A stretch of 64,000 bases of DNA, taken from NCBI GenBank assembly GCA_963751345.1, contig CAVVUS010000013.1, forward strand, positions 1 through 64,000, read 5' to 3'. The translations under genes and the position numbers were made by a program. This document shows, piece by piece, positions 12,615 through 22,645 of this stretch (within the stretch, counting starts at the first letter, position 1; each line of letters starts with the position of its first letter). The notes beneath the pieces are model-generated. The model made no database searches and was not told the DNA's origin. It worked only from the letters and a program-made list of their open reading frames with translations. This DNA is from an uncultured Chloroflexia bacterium (lineage in GTDB: Bacteria > Chloroflexota > Anaerolineae > B4-G1 > SLSP01).

Positions 12615-13752
12615 ATGGCGGGAATGAACTATTGGCTTGCGAACTTCGTGGAGACGCTGCTGCGGATGGCGCCCCTGCCCCACCGCACCGGCGTGATTGA
12701 GATCGGCAACCCCGACCGGCACGCCCCTGTGCTGCTGACGTGTAACTACGACCTCACCGTCAGGCGCGTCGTCCACGCCCTGCAGGGCCAGGACTGCTAC
12801 CTGGTGGTTGCCAACAGCCGGGGCGTCAACGTGTGGTGCGCGGCAGCGGGAGGCCTCTTCACCCACCACGACGTCATCTCTGCGCTCAAGACGAGCGGCA
12901 TCGAGGCCCGGGTTGACCATCGCGAGGTGATCCTACCCCAGTTTGCCGCCGCAGGCATCGAAGCCCGCGAGGTCGCGGCGGGATCAGGTTGGCGCGTCAC
13001 GTGGGGACCGGTGGAGATCCGCGATCTACCCGCGTTCCGGGAGGGCGCGAGGCCTGCCATGCGACAGGTCACCTTCCCGCTCGGCAGGCGGCTGGAGATG
13101 GCGGCTGCGTGGGCCTTCCCGATCTCGGTCTTCGCCGCGCTGGCGCTGCTCCTCTTCTGGCGTACGGCCATCGTGCCCGTCGTGCTGCTCGTCTGGGCGG
13201 TCGCACTCCTGGTCTTCGCTGCGTTCCCGCTCTATGCCGAGCGCCTTGGCGGCGGCGATGCCGGGCCTAAGCCCCTTGGGGCTCGACTTCGCGCACGGCG
13301 GCATCCAGGCCATCCTCTGGGGCCTCTGTCTGCTCGGGTTGGTCCCCCTCACACTGATCTCCGGCTCCTTCGGCCTGAGCGATCTGCTGCGCTGGGCCAT
13401 CGCGACGCTTGCGATCGTGGTCGTCATCACCATCGACCTGCCCGGCAGCACGCCTGTCCTCAAGAGCGGCCTCTATCCCGACCGCTTCCTGCACATCTCC
13501 CTCGACGAGGAGCGCTGTATCGCCGACGGCGCGTGCACGCGCGTCTGCCCTCGCGGCTGCTTCCGCCTCGACCCGGGAGCACCGGCAGTGACGCTCGTCG
13601 CCGCAGACCGCTGTGTCCAGTGCGGTGCGTGCATCATCCAGTGTCCCGCGGACGCGCTCGCGTTCCGGCGTCCTGACGACACACGCATCGCGCCGGAGGT
13701 GACCCGCGCCCACAGAACCGACCTGATGGGACATCGCAGCAAGCCAATCTGA
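12615..13752 (+). CDS. HgcAB-like fusion protein (CdhD/HgcA-type corrinoid domain + TM helices + 2x[4Fe-4S] ferredoxin); frameshift near 13260
   Basis: IGNPD..PVLLTCNYDLT and GVNVWCAAAGG cap helix; TM region; CIADGACTRVCP and CVQCGACIIQCP. Confidence 0.87.
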
Positions 13753-13767
13753 CCCAGGAGGAACCCG

Positions 13768-15362
13768 ATGATAGACCTACTGATCCGCAATGGCTGGGTC
13801 GCCGACGGCACCGGCAACCCGCTGCGCCCGGCGGACGTCGCCATCACCGGGCGACCGCATCGAGGCCGTCGGCCGGCTCGCAGGCATTGGCGCGGCCCAC
13901 ATCGTCGAGGCACGCGGCAAGATTGTGTGCCCCGGCTTCGTCGACTGTCACAGCCACAGCGACAGCACCATCTTGCTCAACCCCACCGCCGAAAGCACGA
14001 TCCGTCAGGGCACGACGACCGAGATCGTCGGCAACTGCGGCGACAGCCCCGCACCGCTAGCGCCCGGCGACAGCAGTGAGAGCGACCCGTTGGGCGTGGG
14101 CAGCGGTGCCCCCAAGGCGTGGTCGACCTTCGCGGAGTATCTCGACACCGTACGGCGCACCGGCATCACGCCCAACATGGCGTGGTTCGTGGGCCACAAT
14201 ACGCTCCGCAGGGCAGCGGGCGTGCTCGGCCGGGAGGTCACCCCCGCGCAGATCGCATCGATGCAGGCGATGGTTCGCGAGGCGATGGACGCCGGCGCGC
14301 TTGGACTGTCGACAGGCCTGGAGTTCGACCCGGGGCGCCGGGCATCGACCGAGGAGATCGTGGCGCTCGCCAAGGTCGTCGGGGAGCGGGACGGCTACTA
14401 CGCCAGCCACATCCGCAACCGCGCCAAGGACCTCCAGCCCGCCATCGACGAGTTCGTCGACGTGGTGCGGCGGAGCGGCACCCACGGCCAGGTGTCGCAT
14501 CTCAACGTGCGCGCCAACACCGGGGCGGCCCCCGATGCGTGGGAGCGAGCCGTCGCCACGGTGGAGGCCGCTCGCGCGGAGGGGCTCGACATCCAGTGCG
14601 ACTGTACGCCCTACGTCGATGGTGGCGGCGGTCCCACGGCAATCCTGCCGATGTGGGTTACCGAGGAGGGTCCGGCGCACGCAGCCGGTGCTGCTGCGCG
14701 ACCCCGCGGTGCGCGAGCAGGTGAAGGCCGACGCCGATCGCTACTGGGCCTTCCTCGTGCGGGGTGACTGGCATCGCATCCGCATCGCCAGCAGCAGCAA
14801 CCACCCCGAGATTGTGGGCAGGAACTTCCTGGAGATCGCCGGGCTCTGGGATCGGGACCCTTGGGACTGCCTCTTCGACCTCTTTGTCGAGAGCCTCAGT
14901 GGCGAGGGGCGGGTCGGCTATATCGGTCAGCTCTTCACCGAGGAGCACGTCGCAGCGACGGTCAGCCACCCGCTCTTCAGCCTCAGTGTCGACGCGGCAA
15001 CGGTGGCCGCTGAAGGCCCGCTGAGGACTCGCTACGTCCATCCCCTGCCCTTCGCCGGGATGGTCCACTTCCTGACCTATTGGGTCCGGGAGAAGGGCGT
15101 GCTGAGGCTGGAGGAGGCGATCCGCAAGATGACGAGCATGCCGGCGTCACGCTTTGGGCTGGAAGGGCGCGGACTGCTGCGCCCGGGCGCCTTCGCGGAT
15201 GTCGTTATGTTCGACTATGCGAAACTGGAGGACGTCGCGACGCTCGAAAACCCGGTCGCCTATTGCCGGGGCATCGAGCTGGTGGTGGTCAACGGCACCG
15301 TGGTCGTCGACGCAGGTCGCCACACCGCCGCGCGTCCGGGACGCGTGTTGACGTACGGTTGA
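13768..15362 (+). CDS. N-acyl-D-amino-acid deacylase family amidohydrolase (frameshifts near 13850 and 14680)
   Basis: DLLIRNG..ADGTG, PGFVDCHSHSD, GTTTEIVGNCG, GLSTGLEF, LEEAIRKMTSMPA, RGLLRPGAFADVVMFD. Confidence 0.9.
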
Positions 15363-15409
15363 GGCAGACGCGCATCGTGTGCCGGCTGGACCGGCTACAC
15401 AGCAACACC

Positions 15410-15553
15410 GTGGAGACGGGGCGGCGCCCCGTCTCCGGACGCGGCATCGCCACCGGTTCAAAGGGGCTTACGGCGAAGATGATACCTGCGTCCCAGGGCG
15501 CCCGCACGCCGGAAGACGCCCCACTTGCGCGTTCCAGCGCGCGACGTCTCTAC
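15410..15553. repeat. Inverted REP doublet (type B on +, type A on -)
   Basis: GTGGAGACGGGGCggcGCCCCGTCTCCGG (15410-15438) and CCGGAAGACGCCCC...CGTCTCTAC (15509-15553). Confidence 0.75.
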
Positions 15554-16537
15554 GACAATGCCTTCCCGGATGGCAGCGGGTAAGTCACTCCATCGCAGCG
15601 GGGCCTTGACCGGCACATCGTCCCAGCCGGGCACCAGCTCCTCACACAGCGCCTCGGGGGACGCGGGGCTACCGCTCCCGAAATCGAGCGCCAGCGCGCC
15701 TACGATATCCGCCAACACAGCCGGGCTCGCCTGTGCCTCCCGGCCTCCCTTGGGGCCCGCCTCCAGCTCGAACTCACTCATCAGAAACTCGTCGTGTAGG
15801 TCCTCGGGATCATCCGTCTCGTCCGCCAGCACCAGGCCCCGCGCGGCAGCGCGCTGCGCCAGCGCGTGGAGTCCCACCACCCCGAGCCCGGTCGCCATAA
15901 AGCGGTAGACCCAGATGTTCGCCGGCTCGCGCCTGAGCAGATCGGCAAGCATCGTCAGACCCAGGTCCAGATTGTCGAGTTGGAGATAGGCACTCGCCAG
16001 GTCGATCAGGCCGAAGATCACGTCGTCGCCCTTCTCATAGCGCAGATTGTGAGCTACCGCCCGCTTCAGCCAATCAACGGCGGTCGCCCGAGTGGCAGGA
16101 TCGTCCTCCACGAGCAGGGCAGCCTCCGCGAGATCCCTGTAGAGCGGCTCGTAGTCAAGCAGGGGACTGACCGTCGGCGAAAGTGCCACGTCCTGCAGCA
16201 GCGCCATGGCGCGTTGCTCCAGTGCCTCAGCAGACGTGGGTCCGTCGGCTGCCGCGGGAGCATCGGCCAACAGGTCAGCCACCACGGCCCGCTTGAAGTC
16301 CGTCATCGGACCGGGTCCCGCCTCGTCAACCAGGCGCCGCAGCGGCAGCGTCACCACCTGGTCAGCATCGAGCGTCACGGCGACGATGATGCGCTTGTTC
16401 TCGTGCGAGATCCACGAAGCCACGCGATAGAGATCTCCACCGGTTCGACTTGTGCGTTGAAGCTCGTCAATGATCTCCTCGGAGATCCTCTGGTAGTGTG
16501 TCGCCGCGTGCTTACCCTGACGATCCGATTTGGCCAT
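15458..16537 (-). CDS. Hypothetical helical (TPR-like) protein
   Basis: Long intact ORF, GGAG-rich RBS before MAKSDRQ, TPR-like LASAYLQLDNLDLG segment. Confidence 0.65.
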   Translation of the reverse strand: MAKSDRQGKHAATHYQRISEEIIDELQRTSRTGGDLYRVASWISHENKRIIVAVTLDADQVVTLPLRRLVDEAGPGPMTDFKRAVVADLLADAPAAADGPTSAEALEQRAMALLQDVALSPTVSPLLDYEPLYRDLAEAALLVEDDPATRATAVDWLKRAVAHNLRYEKGDDVIFGLIDLASAYLQLDNLDLGLTMLADLLRREPANIWVYRFMATGLGVVGLHALAQRAAARGLVLADETDDPEDLHDEFLMSEFELEAGPKGGREAQASPAVLADIVGALALDFGSGSPASPEALCEELVPGWDDVPVKAPLRWSDLPAAIREGIVVETSRAGTRKWGVFRRAGALGRRYHLRRKPL

Positions 16538-16778
16538 GCACCCCTCCCCCATTGTTGGTTCGTACTCGCAGTGTACAGCGGAACGAGAGACGGGCAACGC
16601 AGCGGGGCGTCAGCAGACGCGCTTGCAGCCCGCGAGGTGACAGGTGTGGGACCTCGATATACAATCGGTGCCGGCGACAGGAATGCTTGACGCCCAACTG
16701 ACGCAGAGGGTGGCCGGCGTCCGTGCAGAAATGGGTGCCCCATGGACACGGCCCCACATCGAACTGAGGGAGGCCTAG

Positions 16779-17120
16779 ATGAGCCTGGGACAGCGTGTGC
16801 TTTGGCTGCTGGCGACGGTGTGCTATCTCGCGGCATGCGCGATTCTGATCTCGGGCTTGGTGTTCACAGTCCGCATCGCATCACAGCACGTCGATCTGAC
16901 CGATCTGGGCAAGGTCCTCCAGATACTAGGATTCGACGCACTCTACCAACTGCTCGTCACCTCGATCCACGACGCGATCCTTTTTGCCGCAGGGCTCGTC
17001 TTCGCCGTCACCGTCGTGGTCAGCGTGCTGTTCACGCTCATCGGTTGGCTCCTCGGCAGCGTGCGCCGGCTTGCGAGGCGCGTAGCGGTGCTGGAATCGA
17101 GACACAGCCACGACCTGTGA
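16779..17120 (+). CDS. Small membrane protein
   Basis: GGAGG RBS, two long hydrophobic segments. Confidence 0.65.
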   Translation: MSLGQRVLWLLATVCYLAACAILISGLVFTVRIASQHVDLTDLGKVLQILGFDALYQLLVTSIHDAILFAAGLVFAVTVVVSVLFTLIGWLLGSVRRLARRVAVLESRHSHDL

Positions 17121-17222
17121 CGTGGGCCTTGTGTCGTTTGGGAAGTTGCCTATGATGGGTCCGTGACTGGCCAACTGCGCGCGGGCAGCTCGCGCGCCTC
17201 GAGATGCAAGCGAGGGAGCTGA

Positions 17223-18959
17223 ATGCCGGATCTGGCAGACAAGATACCATCAAACCCTGACGTAAGCGCAACGGGCAGGACGGGCGGCGCAGGTACAGCG
17301 CTTGTGCCCGGTCTGCTGGATCGCGCACCGGACGGCGTCTTCATCCTCAACAGAGATGGCCTGCAGTACGCCAATGCCGCTCTGGCCGATCTACTTGAGC
17401 GCCCTATCGAGCAACTGGTTGATCCCGACTTCGACTGGACCCAGTGCATCCACCCCGAGGATCGCTCAGACACCGTCGCCCGGCTCGAGGATCGCCTTGC
17501 GGGTCGTCTTTTCCCCAGTCGGGATGTTTACCGCATTGTGACGCCGACCGGCTCCGTGCGCTATCTTGAGGTGTCGGTGGGCGATCTGCCCGCGGTGGCC
17601 CCGCGGCTGCTCGGCGTCGCACGCGACGTCACGGCGCGATTCGAGCTGGAGGCCGCTGCCCGGCGCACACACGACCTTCTGCGTGCCGTCTCACAGGCCT
17701 CTGAACTGCTCAGCGTCCGCCACGGTGAGGAACCCCACGTGATGGAGGCCATGGAGGTCATGAGAGTGGCGACCGGGTCGGACCAGGTCTGCGCTCAAGT
17801 GACCGAACACGCGGCCCCGCTGGATTACGGGCATATGATGCACCGTTGTATCGGCGGTCGCGGCAATGCGCGGGGCGTGCGCCTGTCCGAGCACTGGCAT
17901 ACGGTCCTATCCACCGGGAAGGTAGTATGCCGCACGGTGAATAACGCCTCGGAAGATGAGCGCGCGATCCTCGTCGATCTGGGCGCCGGTTCCATCCTCA
18001 CAGTCCCCCTCATCGTCGACGGCGCCTATCGCGGCTTTCTTCGCTTCGACAGTGCAGATGCGGACCCGCCCTGGTCGGACGAGGAGTTGGCCTCGCTTCG
18101 GACCGTGGGCGCCGTCTTCGGCAATGCCCTGGGACATCGTGAGGCCGACCAGCGTTCAACGGAGAGTGAGGGACGCTTCCAGCGGCTGGTGGAGAACGCC
18201 CCCGATATGATCTACCGCGTGCGACTCTCCGATGGCGCGTATGAGTACGTCAGCGCAGCCTCGCGTGAGATCATGGGATATGCGCCGGAGGACTTCTACG
18301 CGGATCCACGTCTGATGCAGAAGGCGATGCACCCGGGCTGGCTCGCCATTTACGAGCAGCAATGGGCAAGGTCAGGTCAAGGTGAAATACCGGCGGTCTC
18401 TGCCTACGCGATCATCCACGGGAAGACGGGGGAGACACGGTGGCTGCACCTGCGCAACGTCCTTGTCCGCGACCCCCAAGGACAGCCGATGGCCGTGGAG
18501 GGCATCGCTTCCGACATCACCCCGCAGAAGGTAGCCGAAACGCGGCTGCGCGAGCAAGAGGATGCCCTGCAGAGCATCCTGCGAGCTGCCCCCGTCGGCA
18601 TCGGGCTGAACACAGACCGCACGATGCTTCTGGTGAACGAGTGGCTCTGCAAGATGACGGGATACACGGTTGAGGAGCTTGTGGGCAAGACGACACGGCT
18701 TCTCTATGCCACGGAAGAGGAATGGGATCGCGTCGGGTTGGTCCTGGTCCCGCAGCTGGAGCGTGGGGATAGCGGGTCGATAGAGACGCAATGGCGGCGA
18801 AAGGACGGGACGGTCTTCGACGTCCTGGTCACGGCGACCTGTCTGACGCCTGAGGACTATGCGGCGGGGGTCACATTCACGGCCATTGATATCAGCGAGT
18901 TGGTCACGAGATGGCAGGCTCAAGGGCGAGGAACCCATGAGAGCATCGTCGCGACATAG
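17223..18959 (+). CDS. PAS-GAF-PAS-PAS sensor protein with no output domain
   Basis: IHPEDR/GVARDVT, SILTVPLIVDG..GFLRFD..PWSDEE, LVENAPDMIYR/GIASDIT, final PAS ending AIDISE. Confidence 0.85.
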   Translation: MPDLADKIPSNPDVSATGRTGGAGTALVPGLLDRAPDGVFILNRDGLQYANAALADLLERPIEQLVDPDFDWTQCIHPEDRSDTVARLEDRLAGRLFPSRDVYRIVTPTGSVRYLEVSVGDLPAVAPRLLGVARDVTARFELEAAARRTHDLLRAVSQASELLSVRHGEEPHVMEAMEVMRVATGSDQVCAQVTEHAAPLDYGHMMHRCIGGRGNARGVRLSEHWHTVLSTGKVVCRTVNNASEDERAILVDLGAGSILTVPLIVDGAYRGFLRFDSADADPPWSDEELASLRTVGAVFGNALGHREADQRSTESEGRFQRLVENAPDMIYRVRLSDGAYEYVSAASREIMGYAPEDFYADPRLMQKAMHPGWLAIYEQQWARSGQGEIPAVSAYAIIHGKTGETRWLHLRNVLVRDPQGQPMAVEGIASDITPQKVAETRLREQEDALQSILRAAPVGIGLNTDRTMLLVNEWLCKMTGYTVEELVGKTTRLLYATEEEWDRVGLVLVPQLERGDSGSIETQWRRKDGTVFDVLVTATCLTPEDYAAGVTFTAIDISELVTRWQAQGRGTHESIVAT

Positions 18960-19569
18960 ACCTTCCCGGACCGTCCTGGCGCTGGGCGCCACGGTGCTCC
19001 TGCTGGTTGTCGTGGCCTGCGGCGCGCTCAACAGCGGCGCCATCGCCCGGCCCCACGGTCGACACGTCACTCGCAGCGACGGTCGCGGCGCAAGGGACCG
19101 CGGTTGCGCGCAATGGTACGATCGTCGCCGCTCTGGCAACCCGCGTCGCGGCGCTCGAAAACGCACAGAGCACATCGCCGGCGGCGCCCCAACCCGAGGG
19201 AGTGCCTTCGGGCGAACCCGAGGGAATCCCTCGGGCGACGTCGAGGGCACCGTCGAGATCGAGGGCGGACGCTGCTGCGTGGGCAGCACCGCGGGAGATA
19301 CCATCGAGGTCGAAGTGGCCTTCTCGGCCACCAGCTCCGCCGGCGAGGTCACGGAGATGCGCGTGGCGACAGCCGGCATCAAGTTCGACGCCGCAGCCAT
19401 GGCCGATGTGCCGTGGGAGCCCTTCGCGCCGAGCAAGAGCTACCCGGTGGCGGTGGCGCTCAACTGGACCGGATACTGGGTCAGCGCCCAATTCCGTGAC
19501 GCCGCGGGCAACGTCTCACCTGTCGTCTACGACGACATCTCGGTCGAGGGCAGCCCGGCGGGCCCATAG
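18937..19569 (+). CDS. Putative lipoprotein (internal frameshifts)
   Basis: Basic N-terminus, hydrophobic stretch, VVAC lipobox; C-terminal beta domain SAQFRDAAGNVS; upstream of lspA. Confidence 0.6.
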   Translation: MRASSRHRPSRTVLALGATVLLLVVVACGALNSGAIARPHGRHVTRSDGRGARDRGCAQWYDRRRSGNPRRGARKRTEHIAGGAPTRGSAFGRTRGNPSGDVEGTVEIEGGRCCVGSTAGDTIEVEVAFSATSSAGEVTEMRVATAGIKFDAAAMADVPWEPFAPSKSYPVAVALNWTGYWVSAQFRDAAGNVSPVVYDDISVEGSPAGP

Positions 19570-19582
19570 CACCGGAGGCACC

Positions 19583-20116
19583 ATGCACCTTACACGCCAA
19601 CGACTCATCTTGATCATCGCCGTCGTCGTCGCCTGTGTCGCGCTCGACCAGGGAACCAAGGCGCTGGCCCAAGCCCTTCTTCCGCCGCGGACCCTGCACC
19701 TGCTCGGAGATCTCGTGCGGCTGCAGCTCTCGGAAAACGTCGGCGCCTTTCTGAGCCTTGGCGCCTCACTCTCCCCCACCCTGCGCTTCTGGATCTTCAT
19801 CGTTGCCAGCAGCGTGATGCTGATCGGCGTGACCTTCTTTCTCTTGACGACACCTGAGATCACAACCGATGTTGTCATCGCGCTGGCGTGCGTGGTCGGC
19901 GGCGGGGTCGGCAACCTCATCGACCGCATCACGCGCCACGGCCGGGTCGTCGACTTCCTCAACTTCGGCATCGGCCCCAGGTTCCGCACCGGCATCCTCA
20001 ACGTCGCCGACATCTTCGTCACCTTTGGCGCCTTGTACATCATCTGGGCAGCGCTGCTTGGCGAACCGAAGGACGACAGCACACAGAATCCGGAAATGGG
20101 GAACGGCAGCGGCTGA
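19583..20116 (+). CDS. lspA: Lipoprotein signal peptidase II
   Basis: LDQGTK, ENVGAFLS, GGVGNLIDR, VVDFL, LNVAD motifs; GGAGG RBS. Confidence 0.93.
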   Translation: MHLTRQRLILIIAVVVACVALDQGTKALAQALLPPRTLHLLGDLVRLQLSENVGAFLSLGASLSPTLRFWIFIVASSVMLIGVTFFLLTTPEITTDVVIALACVVGGGVGNLIDRITRHGRVVDFLNFGIGPRFRTGILNVADIFVTFGALYIIWAALLGEPKDDSTQNPEMGNGSG

Positions 20117-20211
20117 TCCCTGCGCACGACCCCATTGCGTTCTGGCGCGTTCCTCCATCAGGAGTAGAATCCGTAGGTTGTCCTACACTTGATGAAGGAG
20201 CTAGAAAACTC

Positions 20212-21360
20212 ATGTTCAACCTACGTGGTGATACCATCTACACGGGCACCGGCGTCCTCAACGACGGCACCATCGCCATCGACGGCGCCACGATCGTCAG
20301 CGTCGGCGACAAGGCAGAGGGTGAGCCGGCGGGCGCCTATCCCGTGATCACCCCCGCCATTATCGACGCCCACAGCCACATCGGCCTGATCCGCGCCGGC
20401 GAGCCGCGCGCCGAGGCCGAGGCCAACGACCAGATGGACGCGATGTTGGCCCACGCCGATGTCCTGGACTCCATCCAGATGGATGACAAGGGATTCATCG
20501 ACTCCATTGAGATGGGCGTGCTCTACTCGTGCGTCCTGCCGGGAAGCGGCAACATCATCGGCGGCAATTCGGCCGTGATCCGCAACTACGGCAGGGACAC
20601 CAACGCCGCCTTCATCCGCCGGGCGGGCATCAAGGGCGCGTTCGGCTACAATCCGATGTCAACGCGCGATTGGAAGGGTCAGCGCCCCTCAACCCGCATG
20701 GGCGCGCTCGCCATCCTCCGGGCCAAGCTTGTCGACGTGCAGAACAAGATGACCAAGGAAGCCGCCAAGGCCGGAGAAGGTAAGGGCGACGAGGTGACCT
20801 ACACGGCGGAGGAAGCCGTGATGAAGTCAATGCTCGCGGGTGAGGAGCGCTACCGCGTTCACGTCCACAAGAAGGACGACATCGCCGCCATCCTGCGCTT
20901 TGTGGATGACTTCGGGCTCAAGGTCGTCGTCGAGCACACGATGGACGTGCACGAGCCGGGCATCTACGAGGAGTTGGCGGCCCGCGACATCCCCGTCATC
21001 TACGGTCCGATGGACACGCTGGCCTACAAGGTCGAGCTGAAGCACGAGGGCTGGCGCAACCTTCAATACCTGCTCGATTCGGGCGTGACCTTTGGCCTGA
21101 TGACCGATCACCCGGTGATCATGCAGAACATGCTCTTCTACTGCCTGCGCCACTTCCTGCACCTGGGCGTGACCAAGCAGGCGGCGCTGGAGGTCATCAC
21201 GCGCCAGAACGCCGAGATCCTGGGGATCGACGACGTCCTGGGCACCCTGGCGCCCGGCAAGTGGGGCTCGTGCGTCTGCTGGAACGGCGATCCGTTCGCG
21301 CTGGAGAGCCGCCCCGTCGCGGTCTACGCGGAAGGGGAGTTGATCTACAAGGCGGAATAG
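20212..21360 (+). CDS. Amidohydrolase family protein
   Basis: PAIIDAHSHIG, LPGSGNIIGG, MTDHPV, LGTLAPGK; AAGGAG RBS. Confidence 0.9.
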   Translation: MFNLRGDTIYTGTGVLNDGTIAIDGATIVSVGDKAEGEPAGAYPVITPAIIDAHSHIGLIRAGEPRAEAEANDQMDAMLAHADVLDSIQMDDKGFIDSIEMGVLYSCVLPGSGNIIGGNSAVIRNYGRDTNAAFIRRAGIKGAFGYNPMSTRDWKGQRPSTRMGALAILRAKLVDVQNKMTKEAAKAGEGKGDEVTYTAEEAVMKSMLAGEERYRVHVHKKDDIAAILRFVDDFGLKVVVEHTMDVHEPGIYEELAARDIPVIYGPMDTLAYKVELKHEGWRNLQYLLDSGVTFGLMTDHPVIMQNMLFYCLRHFLHLGVTKQAALEVITRQNAEILGIDDVLGTLAPGKWGSCVCWNGDPFALESRPVAVYAEGELIYKAE

Positions 21361-21365
21361 GGAGA

Positions 21366-21517
21366 AGCGATCAGCGGATAGCAGTCAGCGGTCGGCAGAC
21401 GGGCAGAAGTAAGAAGAAGGGAGTAAGGAGTAAGCCTCCGTATGCGGGGCCACCTCCTTACTTCTTACTACATACTCCTGCTGAATGCCGACCGCTGATG
21501 GCTGAAAGCTGATTGCT
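21366..21517. repeat. Long imperfect palindrome built from 7-nt repeat units
   Basis: TCAGCGGTCGGCA (21385-21397) pairs with TGCCGACCGCTGA (21486-21498); inner AGTAAGGAG pairs with CTCCTTACT. Confidence 0.7.
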
Positions 21518-21632
21518 GACGCTACTCCACCGTCCCCATCGCCGGCGGCATCCGGCTGTGTCCCTGTACGCCCGCCGGTGCCCGGCACCGACCTCCTTTC
21601 CTGTCGCCCAATCTGCAGTATCCTACCCCGCA

Positions 21633-22645
21633 ATGGACATCTTCGACTGGATCTCGCGCGAACTCGCGCCCAGGCCCATGACAACCGAAGCGCTGCTCTA
21701 CGATCACATGGACTCCCAGTCAGGCAGGTCGCTGCCGGTCATCTACCAGGCCTTTGACCCCGCCGACCGGGGACACTGGCGCGACCGGGGCGCAGCCCTC
21801 GATTTCGTTCTCTCGACCCAGGGCGAGGGCGGACGGGTACTCGACTTCGGCCCCGGTGACGGATGGCCGTCGCTGATCATCGCTCCCTTCGTGGGCGAGG
21901 TCGTAGGGGTCGAGGGCTCGCATCGCCGGGTCGACGTCTGCAGGGAGAATGCAGCACGGCTGGGCATGGCCAACGCGACCTTTGTCTACAACGAGCCCGG
22001 CGCGCCGCTGCCCTTCGACGACGGGAGCTTCGACGCGGTGGTCGCCGCCTCGTCGGTCGAGCAAAGCCCCGATCCCCAGGCCACGCTCGCGGAGTTCCAC
22101 CGCGTCCTGCGGCCCGGCGGGCGCGTGCGCCTTCGCTATGAGGCGCTCGGCCGCTATCGCGGCGGGAAGGAGCGCGAGGCCTGGCTGTGGGCCATCGATG
22201 CCGCCACGACCCGGCTTATGCTCTACGATCGCCACATCGGATGAGGAATCCGCCGTCCAGGTCGGCTTCACCTTTGCGCTGCCGCGCGAAGCGCGTGGCC
22301 CGCGCGCTCGGCGCCGCCGACGGCGACGTCAGGTTCGACGCTCTCACGGTCGAGCGGCTCGATGCGCTCCGCGACGCGATCACAGACGCCGGGCACGTGC
22401 ACGACGCGCCATCCCTCCGGTGCACACATGGTCCGCGCTGGCTCAGCCGAGATCGGGTTCGCCAGGCTCCAGCCCACCCACGACGGCATGACGGTCGCGG
22501 GAGCGCTCTTCGATCACCTGCCTGCCTGCGCGCCGTCCGGGGACGCTGGAGCGAGATCGATGCCTATCTGCGACCGGTCGTGGCAATGGCGGTGGACCTG
22601 CCCGCGCCCGCTTCGCTCGACCCCGCCATCACCGCGGTGAAATGA
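21633..22645 (+). CDS. Class I SAM-dependent methyltransferase (frameshifts after 22240)
   Basis: VLDFGPGDG, LPFDDGSFDAVV, EFHRVLRPGG. Confidence 0.8.

Noticed and set aside
12615-13752. Calling this true hgcA/hgcB (mercury methylation)
   Set aside because: Fused architecture, AAGG instead of AGK in the cap helix, and no HgcB C-terminal Cys pair
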